Origin: an uncultured Chloroflexia bacterium
GTDB taxonomy: Bacteria > Chloroflexota > Limnocylindria > Limnocylindrales > CSP1-4
DNA length: 64,000 nucleotides
NCBI GenBank assembly: GCA_963734535.1
Contig: CAVTHS010000008.1
Location: 384,001-448,000 of the forward strand
Direction of reading: 5' to 3'
Made by a program: the position numbers and the translations under genes. The notes under the pieces were generated by a model, which made no database searches, was not told where the DNA came from, and saw nothing but the letters and a program-made list of their open reading frames with translations. Shown one piece after another: positions 49,055 through 57,510 of the stretch; the first letter of the stretch is position 1, and each line of letters starts with the position of its first letter.

Positions 49055-50266
49055 TCATTCATAGCGGAGGGCGACGACGGGATCGAGTCGGGCCGCCTGG
49101 CTGGCGGGCCACACGCCGAACACGATGCCCACGAGAAGGCTGAAGCCGGCGGCCGCCACGACCGTCAGCGGGCTGAAGATGAATCCCCAGCCGGCGATGA
49201 TGCCGATCACGGCGGAGATGATCAGGCCGATCAGGATCCCGAAGAGGCCGCCTGCCAGCGAGAGGGCCAGCGCCTCGATGAGGAACTGGGCCATGATGTC
49301 CCGCCCGCGCGCGCCGATTGCCTTGCGGATCCCGATCTCGCGCGTCCGCTCCCGGACCGACACCAGCATGATGTTCATGATCCCGATCCCGCCGACGATC
49401 AGCGAGATCGACGCGATCCCGGCCAGCAGCACGCTCAGCAGCGTCGTGACCGACGACACCGTGGCCAGCAGCTGGTCCTGGTTCTGGACCGTGAAGTCGT
49501 CCGCGGCCGTCCCGGTGAGACCGTGGCGGGTACGGAGCGCGGCCGTGATCTCTGCCGTGACGGTGGTCATCTGGTCCGGCGACGCGACGCTCACCCCCAC
49601 GGACCGGACGCTGGTCCCGCCCACGAGGAGCGCGTTGGCCGTGGAGACCGGGATCAGGATCTGATCGTCGGGGCTCGCGAATCCCGTGCCGCCCTTCGGC
49701 TGGAGGATCCCGACGATGCGGAACGGGAGGCCGCCGATGGCGACGTCCGTCCCGACCGAGCTCGCGCCCAGGCCCAGGTCGTCGGCCGTCGTGGAACCGA
49801 GGACCGCCACCCGGAGCCCGGCGTCGAGACTGGCCTGGGTCAGGAACGATCCCTGCCACATGGTGTAGGCCCGGACGGTCGGATAGTCGGGCGTCGTGCC
49901 GATGATCGTCGTGGTCGTGTTCTTGGCGCCGGCGATGACGAGCTTCTGGGTCGAGAGCTCGGGTGCGACGGCCTGCACGCCGGTCAGCGACCGAAGGGCG
50001 GTGGCGTCGGCGAGGGTGAGCGTGGTCGACGAGCCCGCCGCCCCGCGCGTGAAGCCGCTGACCGAGGAGCCCGCGTTGACCGTCAGGAGGTTCGTGCCGA
50101 GCCCTGCGAGCCGGTTGGTGATCCCGCTCGTGGCGCCCTGGCCGACCGCGACCAGCGCGACCACCGACGCGACGCCGATGATCACTCCGAGCATCGTCAG
50201 CGCCGTCCGCAGCTTGCCGGTCCCCAGGCGCCCCAGCGCGAGCTGGAGCAGGTCGCGCGCGCTCAT
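49055..50266 (-). CDS. MacB/FtsX-family ABC transporter permease
   Basis: LT.LGV.IGV.SV, GIA.ISL.VGGIGIMNIMLVSV.ERT.EIGIRKA.GA, P...A..LDPV.ALRYE. Confidence 0.95.
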   Translation of the reverse strand: MSARDLLQLALGRLGTGKLRTALTMLGVIIGVASVVALVAVGQGATSGITNRLAGLGTNLLTVNAGSSVSGFTRGAAGSSTTLTLADATALRSLTGVQAVAPELSTQKLVIAGAKNTTTTIIGTTPDYPTVRAYTMWQGSFLTQASLDAGLRVAVLGSTTADDLGLGASSVGTDVAIGGLPFRIVGILQPKGGTGFASPDDQILIPVSTANALLVGGTSVRSVGVSVASPDQMTTVTAEITAALRTRHGLTGTAADDFTVQNQDQLLATVSSVTTLLSVLLAGIASISLIVGGIGIMNIMLVSVRERTREIGIRKAIGARGRDIMAQFLIEALALSLAGGLFGILIGLIISAVIGIIAGWGFIFSPLTVVAAAGFSLLVGIVFGVWPASQAARLDPVVALRYE

Positions 50267-50937
50267 GCCGCGATCCGTCCGTCGCGGATGTGGACCTGTC
50301 GGTCGGCGACGGCCGCGACCTCCGGGTCGTGGGTGATCAGGATGATGGTCCGGCCGGACGCATGGAGGTCGTGGAAGAGCGCGATGACCTCGGCCCCCGA
50401 GTGGCTGTCGAGGTTGCCGGTCGGCTCGTCGGCCAGGAGGAGCGCGGGCTCGGTGACGAGCGCGCGGGCGATCCCCACGCGCTGCTGCTGGCCACCCGAC
50501 AGCTCGGTCGGCTCGTGGTCCAGCCGGTCGCCGAGGCCCAGGCGCTCCAGCGCCGCCTGCGCGCGGGCGTGGCGCTCGCGGCGCCGAACGCCCTGGTACA
50601 TGAGCGGCGCCGAGACGTTCTCCAGCGCAGAGGTCCGTGGCAGCAGGTTGTATGACTGGAAGACGAAGCCGATCGAGCGGCTCCGGAGGCGGGCAAGCCC
50701 GTCGTCGTCGAGCGTGTCGACCGGGGTGCCGTCGAGGATGTAGCGACCCGATGTGGGCCGGTCCAGGCACCCGAGGATGTTCATCATCGTGGACTTCCCG
50801 GAGCCCGATGGCCCGATGATCGCGACGAACTCGCCCCGGTCGATCTGGAGATCCACGGACACGAGCGCGGGCACGGCGAGACGGCCGGAGGTGTAGACAC
50901 GGGAGACGCCCTCGAGGGCGATGATCGCGTCGCTCAT
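50263..50937 (-). CDS. ABC transporter ATP-binding protein (LolD/MacB type)
   Basis: GPSGSGKST, IGFVFQ, LSGGQQQRV, LLADEPTGNLD, ITHD. Confidence 0.97.
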   Translation of the reverse strand: MSDAIIALEGVSRVYTSGRLAVPALVSVDLQIDRGEFVAIIGPSGSGKSTMMNILGCLDRPTSGRYILDGTPVDTLDDDGLARLRSRSIGFVFQSYNLLPRTSALENVSAPLMYQGVRRRERHARAQAALERLGLGDRLDHEPTELSGGQQQRVGIARALVTEPALLLADEPTGNLDSHSGAEVIALFHDLHASGRTIILITHDPEVAAVADRQVHIRDGRIAA

Positions 50938-52961
50938 GGCGCGACGATCCCGCCTCGGCCGAAGCCGCCGCCACCATTGCCGACGCCGGGGATCGCCACG
51001 CCGCCGCCCGTGGTGGTCGTGGACGTGCGCGCCGACACGGTCCCGATCGAGACCGTCTGGCCTTCCGTGATGCCCGACTTGACCTCCGCGAGGCTCGTCG
51101 TGACGAGGCCAACCTGGACCGGGACGACCTCGGACGTGCCGTCGGCCGCGACGACGCGCACGCCGTAGTTGCCGGCGGATCCGACGAGGGAGATGGCAGG
51201 GACGGCGACGACGCTTGCCGCCTGTGCCGTCGTGACCGCGGCGCTCGCGGTCATCCCGGAGAGCACGCTCGCCGGCGCGTTGGTCAGCGTGATCCGGACT
51301 GCGTACGTGACAACACTCGAACCGCCGGCGCTCGTGGACGCGGTCGGCGTGATCTGGCTGACGGTCCCCTCGATCGGCGTCGAGCCGGCGGCGGCGACCG
51401 TCACCGTCGTCGGCTGGCCGACCTTCAGCTTGCCGATGTCGCTCTCCGCGAAGCTCGAGGTCACCTGCATCGGGCCCACCTCGAGCGTGACCGCGTTGCC
51501 CGACGGTGCGAGCACACCGGCGACCACGCCGACGGAGGCCACGACCCCATCCGCAGGAGCGGTGAGCGTCGCGGCTGCAACCTGGATCTTGGCCTGGCGG
51601 ACGGACTCCTGGGCGTTCGTGATGGCGGCCTGGTCGGACGCGAGGGTCGCGGCCGTCGCGGGCGCCGTCCGGCTCGCATACGAGAGCTGCGCGGACGTGA
51701 GGCCAAGGCTCGCGGACGCGAGCTGCGCGGCCGACGAGTTGGCGGATGTCGAGAGCTGGAGCTTGAGCGAGGCGAGCTGATTGGTCGCGTTGGTGACAGC
51801 CGCCTGGTCGGACTTGATCAGGGTGCTGGGCGGGCCCGCGGCAAGGTCAGCGGCGAGCTGGTCCTGCGCGCTCTTGAGCGCTGCCTGGGCCTGGCTGAGC
51901 TTGAGCGCGTTCTGCTGGTCCGTGATCGAGGAGATCGTGCCGGTGCCGGAGAGTTGGGCATTGAGCGTGTCGAGCTTGGCCTGGGCGGCGGCCACCTGGC
52001 TCGCGACTGCGGCCTGCGCGCTGTTCGTTGCGCTCGCGATTGCCGACTGCGCGTTGGCGATCGCGACGTGGTCGGCGGTGATCGTGGCCGAGTCGGCGTT
52101 GGCGGCCGTGTCCTGGGTCAGCTTGGCGTTCGCGTCGATGAGCGCCTGCTGCAGCTGTTGGGACACCGGCTGCGGCGTCTGCTGCTGTGCCGTCTGGAGC
52201 GCCTGCTGCGCCTGCTGGAGCGAGAGGGTGTTCTGCGTGGAGGTGGAGCTCGACTGCGCCTGCGCGGCCGCGATCTGCAGGTTCAGCGAATCGAGGTTGT
52301 TCTGGGCGGACGTCACCGCGTTCTTGTCCGCGGTGATCGTGTTGGCGAGCGGACCGGCCGCAGTGTCCGCGGCAAGCTGGTCCTGGGCGCTCTTGAGGGC
52401 CGCCTGGGCCTGGCTCAGCTGGAGGTTGGCCGAGGCCGTGCTGATCGGGGCGCTCTTCTGGGCCTGGGCCAGCTGCTGCTGCGCCTGCTGGATCGAGACC
52501 GCGGCGGCGGCCCGATCCGTCGCGGAGAGACCGCCCTTGTCGGTCGCGAGCTTCGCCTTCGCGACCGCGAGGCTGGCGTTGGCGATCGCCAGCGTCGAGC
52601 TGACCGTGCTGGAGTCGGCGACGGCAAGGGTCTGGCCTGCCGTGACGGCGTCACCCACCGCCACGTTGACGCTCTTCACGAACCACGTGCTGGCCCCGCC
52701 CCCAGTTCCAGACGAGCTGGACGAGCTCGACGCGGTCGACGCGACGAGCTGCGGCTGACTGCCGAAGGCAAGGCCGTAGATCGCGCTGGGGGCCACGCTC
52801 CCGGTGGCCACCGACTGGGCGACCACGTTCTCCCGGGTCGCCGTCGCGGTCAGGTATTGCGTGGCCGCGGTCGACCCGAGGCTGGGACCGATCACCGCGA
52901 ACCCGATGGCGCCGACCCCGACGGCGATGAGGCCGATCACGGCGAGGAGACGAAGCTTCAT
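50934..52961 (-). CDS. MacA/HlyD-like adaptor subunit with a very long coiled coil
   Basis: N-terminal TM; V.V.VGD.V..GQ.LA lipoyl half; long Ala/Gln helix; L.AP.DGVV, E.DI.K.KVGQ, V.VGL......E..SG..EG..V. Confidence 0.85.
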   Translation of the reverse strand: MKLRLLAVIGLIAVGVGAIGFAVIGPSLGSTAATQYLTATATRENVVAQSVATGSVAPSAIYGLAFGSQPQLVASTASSSSSSSGTGGGASTWFVKSVNVAVGDAVTAGQTLAVADSSTVSSTLAIANASLAVAKAKLATDKGGLSATDRAAAAVSIQQAQQQLAQAQKSAPISTASANLQLSQAQAALKSAQDQLAADTAAGPLANTITADKNAVTSAQNNLDSLNLQIAAAQAQSSSTSTQNTLSLQQAQQALQTAQQQTPQPVSQQLQQALIDANAKLTQDTAANADSATITADHVAIANAQSAIASATNSAQAAVASQVAAAQAKLDTLNAQLSGTGTISSITDQQNALKLSQAQAALKSAQDQLAADLAAGPPSTLIKSDQAAVTNATNQLASLKLQLSTSANSSAAQLASASLGLTSAQLSYASRTAPATAATLASDQAAITNAQESVRQAKIQVAAATLTAPADGVVASVGVVAGVLAPSGNAVTLEVGPMQVTSSFAESDIGKLKVGQPTTVTVAAAGSTPIEGTVSQITPTASTSAGGSSVVTYAVRITLTNAPASVLSGMTASAAVTTAQAASVVAVPAISLVGSAGNYGVRVVAADGTSEVVPVQVGLVTTSLAEVKSGITEGQTVSIGTVSARTSTTTTGGGVAIPGVGNGGGGFGRGGIVAP

Positions 52962-53088
52962 GTGGATTCCTCTTTGTATGCGTGCCGAGGGGCCGGGGCG
53001 GCACGGTCCAGTGGGCCGGGGCGGGGCCTGATCGTCGGACGATGAGAGGCAGGTGTACCGCGGTCCCCTGAAAGGAGCCTGAACCGGC

Positions 53089-53886
53089 TCAGGCGAGGAG
53101 CGACTCCACCGTCGGCGTCCAGACGAGGCGCTCGTCCGAGGTGATCGCCAGCGCGCCGTAGCCGGGGTGCGTCCCGACCCACCCGGGGCCGGCGACGCCC
53201 ATCGCGAAGGCGGTGGTCGCATAGACGTCCGCCCACGTCAGGCTTGGCCCAACCACCGTGACGCTGAGGAGGCCGGCAGGGGCCGCTCCGGTGCGCGGGT
53301 CCCGGATGTGCTCGCCCCGCTCGTACGTGCCGGATGTGGCCACCGCGAGATCGCGGACGGCAAGGACGCGGGCCACGGCATCGGCGCGGTCGGGGTGGCG
53401 GATCCCGACCCGCCAGGGACGGCCGGGCTCCGGCTCGCCACGGGCGATCACGTCCCCGCCGCAGTTGCAGCTGTAGTTGCGGGCACCGGCCTCGTCGAGG
53501 AGGAGCGCGGCCTCCTCCACCGCCCAGCCCTTCACGATCCCGGATGGGTCCAGGCGGCCGTCGGCGCGGTGGCCGCGCGCGTCGAACCAGCCGTCCGTGG
53601 TCCGGTGCAGGTCATCGACCATGCCCAGGACGAACCGGACCTCCGCCGATGCGTCGGCCTCGGCCAGCTCGCCGCGGGCGATGCGGCTGATCTCGCTTCC
53701 GGGCCGATACGTGCTGAACCGGTCCTCGATCTCCTCGAGTCGCGCGAGCATCGCGTCGAGGACCGATTCCGGGATCCCCGGGTCGCGGACGTCGATGCTG
53801 ATCACGGTGCCCATCACGGGCGCGACGCGATGCGGGCCGCGCGTGCGAGGCTCCGAACGGGAGGCCGCAGCTGTCGTGTCAGCCAC
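53089..53886 (-). CDS. apbE: FAD:protein FMN transferase
   Basis: VMGT, FS.Y...SE, LDP.G.VKGWA, GGD, W.VGI.HP, ATSG.YERG.HI.DP, AD..AT. Confidence 0.93.
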   Translation of the reverse strand: MADTTAAASRSEPRTRGPHRVAPVMGTVISIDVRDPGIPESVLDAMLARLEEIEDRFSTYRPGSEISRIARGELAEADASAEVRFVLGMVDDLHRTTDGWFDARGHRADGRLDPSGIVKGWAVEEAALLLDEAGARNYSCNCGGDVIARGEPEPGRPWRVGIRHPDRADAVARVLAVRDLAVATSGTYERGEHIRDPRTGAAPAGLLSVTVVGPSLTWADVYATTAFAMGVAGPGWVGTHPGYGALAITSDERLVWTPTVESLLA

Positions 53887-53909
53887 GCGACGGCTCAGCC
53901 ACGGACGGC

Positions 53910-54479
53910 TCAGCCATGCGCCGCCTGGTCCAGCGCGGACTGGAGGGACTGGGCGTAGGCGTCGCTCGTGTAGGTGGCCCCGGAGACCAGGTCGATCTGC
54001 GCGCTCTGGGCCGTCAGGGCCTCGCTGCGCAGCATCGGCTCGACGATCTGGCTGATCTCGGCGGAGCGCTGGCGGTCGTTCGGCAGCTGGAGGGCCGTCA
54101 CGTCCGAGATCTTCCCACCGGCGATGGTGACCTGGACCTGGACCGGCCCGAACCGCGTCTGGACGAGCTGGCCGGTGACCGTCCCGTTGGCCAGGGCAGC
54201 GCCGCCGGCACCGGAGGCAGGAGCCGTCGAGGCGGCGGCCGGGGCCGTCGAGGCGGCGGGAGCGGTCGTGGCTCGGGGTGCCGTGCCCCTGCCCTGGCCG
54301 GCTGCCGACAGGGGCGCGGCGGCGGGCCCGGACGTGGCCGCCGGGGCAGCTCCCGCGCCGGACGCGACGATCGCAGTATTCCTGCCGGTCGTGATCGCGA
54401 CGTCCGGGGTCTTGAACGAGAAGAGCAGGACCAGCGCGAGGGCGGTGAGCGAGAGGGCGATGGCGCCGCGTTTCGGCAT
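53910..54479 (-). CDS. Secreted FMN-binding (flavinylated) domain protein
   Basis: Signal/TM; T.FGPVQV.V...GGKI; flavinylation motif ID.VSGATYTS. Confidence 0.92.
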   Translation of the reverse strand: MPKRGAIALSLTALALVLLFSFKTPDVAITTGRNTAIVASGAGAAPAATSGPAAAPLSAAGQGRGTAPRATTAPAASTAPAAASTAPASGAGGAALANGTVTGQLVQTRFGPVQVQVTIAGGKISDVTALQLPNDRQRSAEISQIVEPMLRSEALTAQSAQIDLVSGATYTSDAYAQSLQSALDQAAHG

Positions 54480-54493
54480 GTTCGATCTCCGAA

Positions 54494-55864
54494 TCAGAAC
54501 GCGAAGCGTTCGACGTGGACTTGCGACGCCGGCACGCCCAGCGCCGTCAGGCTTGCCCGAACCGACTCCATGAGCCGGAACGGACCGCACAGGTAGACGT
54601 CGCGGTCACGCACGTCGGGTACCAGCGCACGGAGGCCGGCGGCGTCGAGCGGGTCGCGCGGCATCTGGCGGCTTCCGCGGTGGCCGACGAGGTAGTGGAC
54701 CGAGGCGCCACGATGGGCAGCCAGCGCATCGAGCTCCTCGCGGAACACGACGTCCGATTCGCGACTGGCGCGGTAGATGAGGGTGAGATCGCCGGGGCGG
54801 GCCGGCAGCGACTCCATGAGCGCACGCAGCGGCGAGATGCCGATCCCACCGGCCACCAGGAGAACCCGCTGGCGCGTTCGGCGCGCCCCGGTGAGCGTCC
54901 CGTACGGGCCTTCGAGGGCCACGCGGGTCCCCGGCGCGAGGGCCTGGAGGCGCGCCGTCCAGTCGCCCAGGTCCTTGACCGTGAAGCGCAGCGACCGCCC
55001 GTTCGGCGCCGCGGAGAGCGAGAACGGGTGCGCCCGCCACCATCCGTCGCGAGTCAGGAGACGAAGGTTGAAATACTGCCCGCTGCGGACCGCGAGGCGG
55101 TCGAGATCCCGGCCCGTGACATAGACCGAGACGACGCCCGGCGCCTCCGTCACGACGCTTCCGATCCGGGGCTGGTGGCGAAGCGTCGTGGCGATCGGCT
55201 GGCCGAAGCGGAAGACCACCATCATCGCCCCCGTCATGACGAAGAGCGAGATCCAGTAGAGCCGGGCCACGGGGTCGCCGAGGAAGTCAGTGCCCACGAC
55301 CAGCTGGTGCGCGAAGCCAAGGGCGATCCCGAGGTACGCGTAGAGGTGGATCCCGTACCAGGTCTCGTACGACAGCCGGCGCCGGGCGGCGCGAACGGAG
55401 GTGACCGCGACCACGAGGAAGCAGGCCAACCCAGCCGTGCCCATCAGCACGAACGGATACGTCCCCAGGAGGTTGGTTGCCTCGTCGAGGACGCTCCGAC
55501 CGTCGCCCAGCGACCAGCCGACCGTCGTCAGGACCGCGTGTCCGGCGATCAGCCACACCGTCGCGAACCCGAGCCAGCGATGCGCCCATGCCAGGCGGTC
55601 CATCCCGAAGACCTGGTCCAGCCACGGGCTGCGCGACATGAGGACAAGCTGGATGAGCGCGAGATAGGTGCCGAGAAGCGCGGTGACCTGGCCGGCGGCC
55701 GTCAGGATGGCCCCCGCGCTCGTCAGGTGGTCGGCCCCGCCGTGTCGCACCCACATCGCGAGGATGAGCGCGCCGTTGGCGGCGAGGAGCGCGACGATGT
55801 CGGACGCGCGGACCGGCCAGCGGCGCGGGAGCGGGACGCGGACGGGTCGCGAGGCGGACTGCAC
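54494..55864 (-). CDS. Ferric-reductase-like transmembrane protein fused to FAD/NAD(P)-binding oxidoreductase
   Basis: TM helices with His pairs (HRWLG..H; W...H...Y.....H); HPFSLS, EGPYG, AGGIGI.P, YLCGP, H.ERF. Confidence 0.92.
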   Translation of the reverse strand: MQSASRPVRVPLPRRWPVRASDIVALLAANGALILAMWVRHGGADHLTSAGAILTAAGQVTALLGTYLALIQLVLMSRSPWLDQVFGMDRLAWAHRWLGFATVWLIAGHAVLTTVGWSLGDGRSVLDEATNLLGTYPFVLMGTAGLACFLVVAVTSVRAARRRLSYETWYGIHLYAYLGIALGFAHQLVVGTDFLGDPVARLYWISLFVMTGAMMVVFRFGQPIATTLRHQPRIGSVVTEAPGVVSVYVTGRDLDRLAVRSGQYFNLRLLTRDGWWRAHPFSLSAAPNGRSLRFTVKDLGDWTARLQALAPGTRVALEGPYGTLTGARRTRQRVLLVAGGIGISPLRALMESLPARPGDLTLIYRASRESDVVFREELDALAAHRGASVHYLVGHRGSRQMPRDPLDAAGLRALVPDVRDRDVYLCGPFRLMESVRASLTALGVPASQVHVERFAF

Positions 55865-56056
55865 GGATGGTCCCCGGTGGCATGGCGACCCCAGCCGGGA
55901 GCCGCTCGATGCCCGCATCCTGTGTCCGGCGGCTGAAGCGAGCCTGAAGGCAACATGTGGAGCTTCACACGCAATGCGGCCCTTGGTCGTCGCGGGCATC
56001 GCGAAGCGCCGTCACGCCAAACAACGAACCCTCACAATCGGTTCGAGTCGAGCCCC

Positions 56057-56671
56057 TTACCCGTGAAGATGCAGCGCCTCCGGGTTGCCAGGCGTGCGCC
56101 ACGAGGTCCGCTCCATTGGCTGGCCGTCCTGCGCGCGGAAACCGAGCGGCCGGACCATCGCAAGGACGCCAATGAGGTCGACGGCGATCACCGGGGCCGC
56201 TATGCGCGCCGCCCGGTAGTCCAACGTCCGGCGGACGAGCCCAGGCCGGTCGACCTCCGCCGGCATGAGGACCAGGGACGCATGCGTGTGCGCGACTGCC
56301 TCGGCCAACCCGGCGACACTTGGCCCGTATGACACCCAGACCGCGACTTCAACCCCGGATTCCCGCAGCGAATCGGCCTGGCGCCGAAGAGCTGCACCTC
56401 GAGGCGAGGAGCCGGGCACATACCCAACGTCACGATCCGGGCGCGCGCCACGTTCGAACAGGCGCCACGTCCGGTCGGTGTGGTCCGATTGGCCGACTGG
56501 AGCATGGAACAGGAGGACTTTGGCGCCCAGTGTTGCCGCCACCGAGATCGCCGCGGCGCGGACGGATGCGTATCGAGGGTCCGAGCCATCGTCGGTCATG
56601 GCGATCACGACCCCGCCCGACGGGAGCAGTGCCGAAAGGTCGGAGGCGATCAGCGGTGTTGCATGTGCCAT
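56057..56671 (-). CDS. Universal-stress-protein-like hypothetical protein
   Basis: VVIA.D......A.....A...GA...L.H, L...GV, LAE......A.LVLM, PVIAV pattern. Confidence 0.5.
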   Translation of the reverse strand: MAHATPLIASDLSALLPSGGVVIAMTDDGSDPRYASVRAAAISVAATLGAKVLLFHAPVGQSDHTDRTWRLFERGARPDRDVGYVPGSSPRGAALRRQADSLRESGVEVAVWVSYGPSVAGLAEAVAHTHASLVLMPAEVDRPGLVRRTLDYRAARIAAPVIAVDLIGVLAMVRPLGFRAQDGQPMERTSWRTPGNPEALHLHG

Positions 56672-56922
56672 CGAAGCAGGCCTCGGGTTTCCGAATGGCG
56701 GGCGCACGTGGGTCGGCGCTCATCCCGGCGTGTGAGAGTCCGAGTCTCCGTCTCGTTCCTGAGGTCATGCTGAAGCCTGTCCGACGCGCACGGCTGCGAG
56801 CACGCGCGAGGGACCGGTGTCGTGCGGCCCACCTTGCCGACCGCGAGGCACGGTCGCCGGTCACACCGACGACGAGCGTGCCTGCCGGGACGGGCGCGCT
56901 GCGAAAGTTCGGGGCGGGACCC

Positions 56923-57255
56923 TTAGCTGGCGGAACGCGCCGGCGCGCGTCGCGCGGGCGGCTTGAGGGCCTTGATCGCCTCTTCGATGTCGCGCGTCAC
57001 GCCGTCGCTGCCGGCGGAGGTCTTGGCAGACCGGAGGCACGCGAGCGCGACGACGAGCGTGTCGGGGTTGGCGGCCTTGCGAATGACGCGGACCGCGAAC
57101 GCGCCGAGCGCCGGATCGGCCAGCCATGGGCTGACGCCCTTGATCGCGGCCTCGCCGTGTGCCGCGATCGGGTCGCGATACTCGATGCGGCGATCGGGCG
57201 CCGCTTCTGCGGCAGCCTCGAGCAGCGACGCCAGGGACCGATCTTCGGAGCTCAT
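56923..57255 (-). CDS. Small helical (HEAT-like) hypothetical protein
   Basis: 110-aa helical ORF, RIEYRDPIAAHG..AI..V.PWL.DP; GGAG RBS. Confidence 0.55.
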   Translation of the reverse strand: MSSEDRSLASLLEAAAEAAPDRRIEYRDPIAAHGEAAIKGVSPWLADPALGAFAVRVIRKAANPDTLVVALACLRSAKTSAGSDGVTRDIEEAIKALKPPARRAPARSAS

Positions 57256-57510
57256 CGACAGTCTCTCCATCCAGTGGACCGTCTCGCCGAGTGACTGACA
57301 ACCACGGCGGGTGTCTGGACGCGAGGTACCCGGAGGCGTGGGAGGCGGCGCGCTGTCCACCAGCCTACCGCGTTAGGGGCTGCCCCGTGCGGCGCGGCGA
57401 CAGCGCGTTCCGGCGACGGATAACGGCCGGGCAATGTGTACCCGTCACACCCGCTCGAGGCGTGTTCCGGCTGGTGTCCCGGCGGGTGTGCTCGCGCTGG
57501 CACGATCCCC

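Noticed and set aside
53889-53916. Short direct repeat GACGGCTCAGCCA between the FMN-binding gene and apbE
   Set aside because: Two copies duplicating a gene 3' end; no evidence of function.
56026-56050. attR copy of the tRNA 3' end (GGTTCGA-containing hairpin)
   Set aside because: Only a short GGTTCGA match, with no extended identity to the tRNA-Gly T-arm or acceptor stem.
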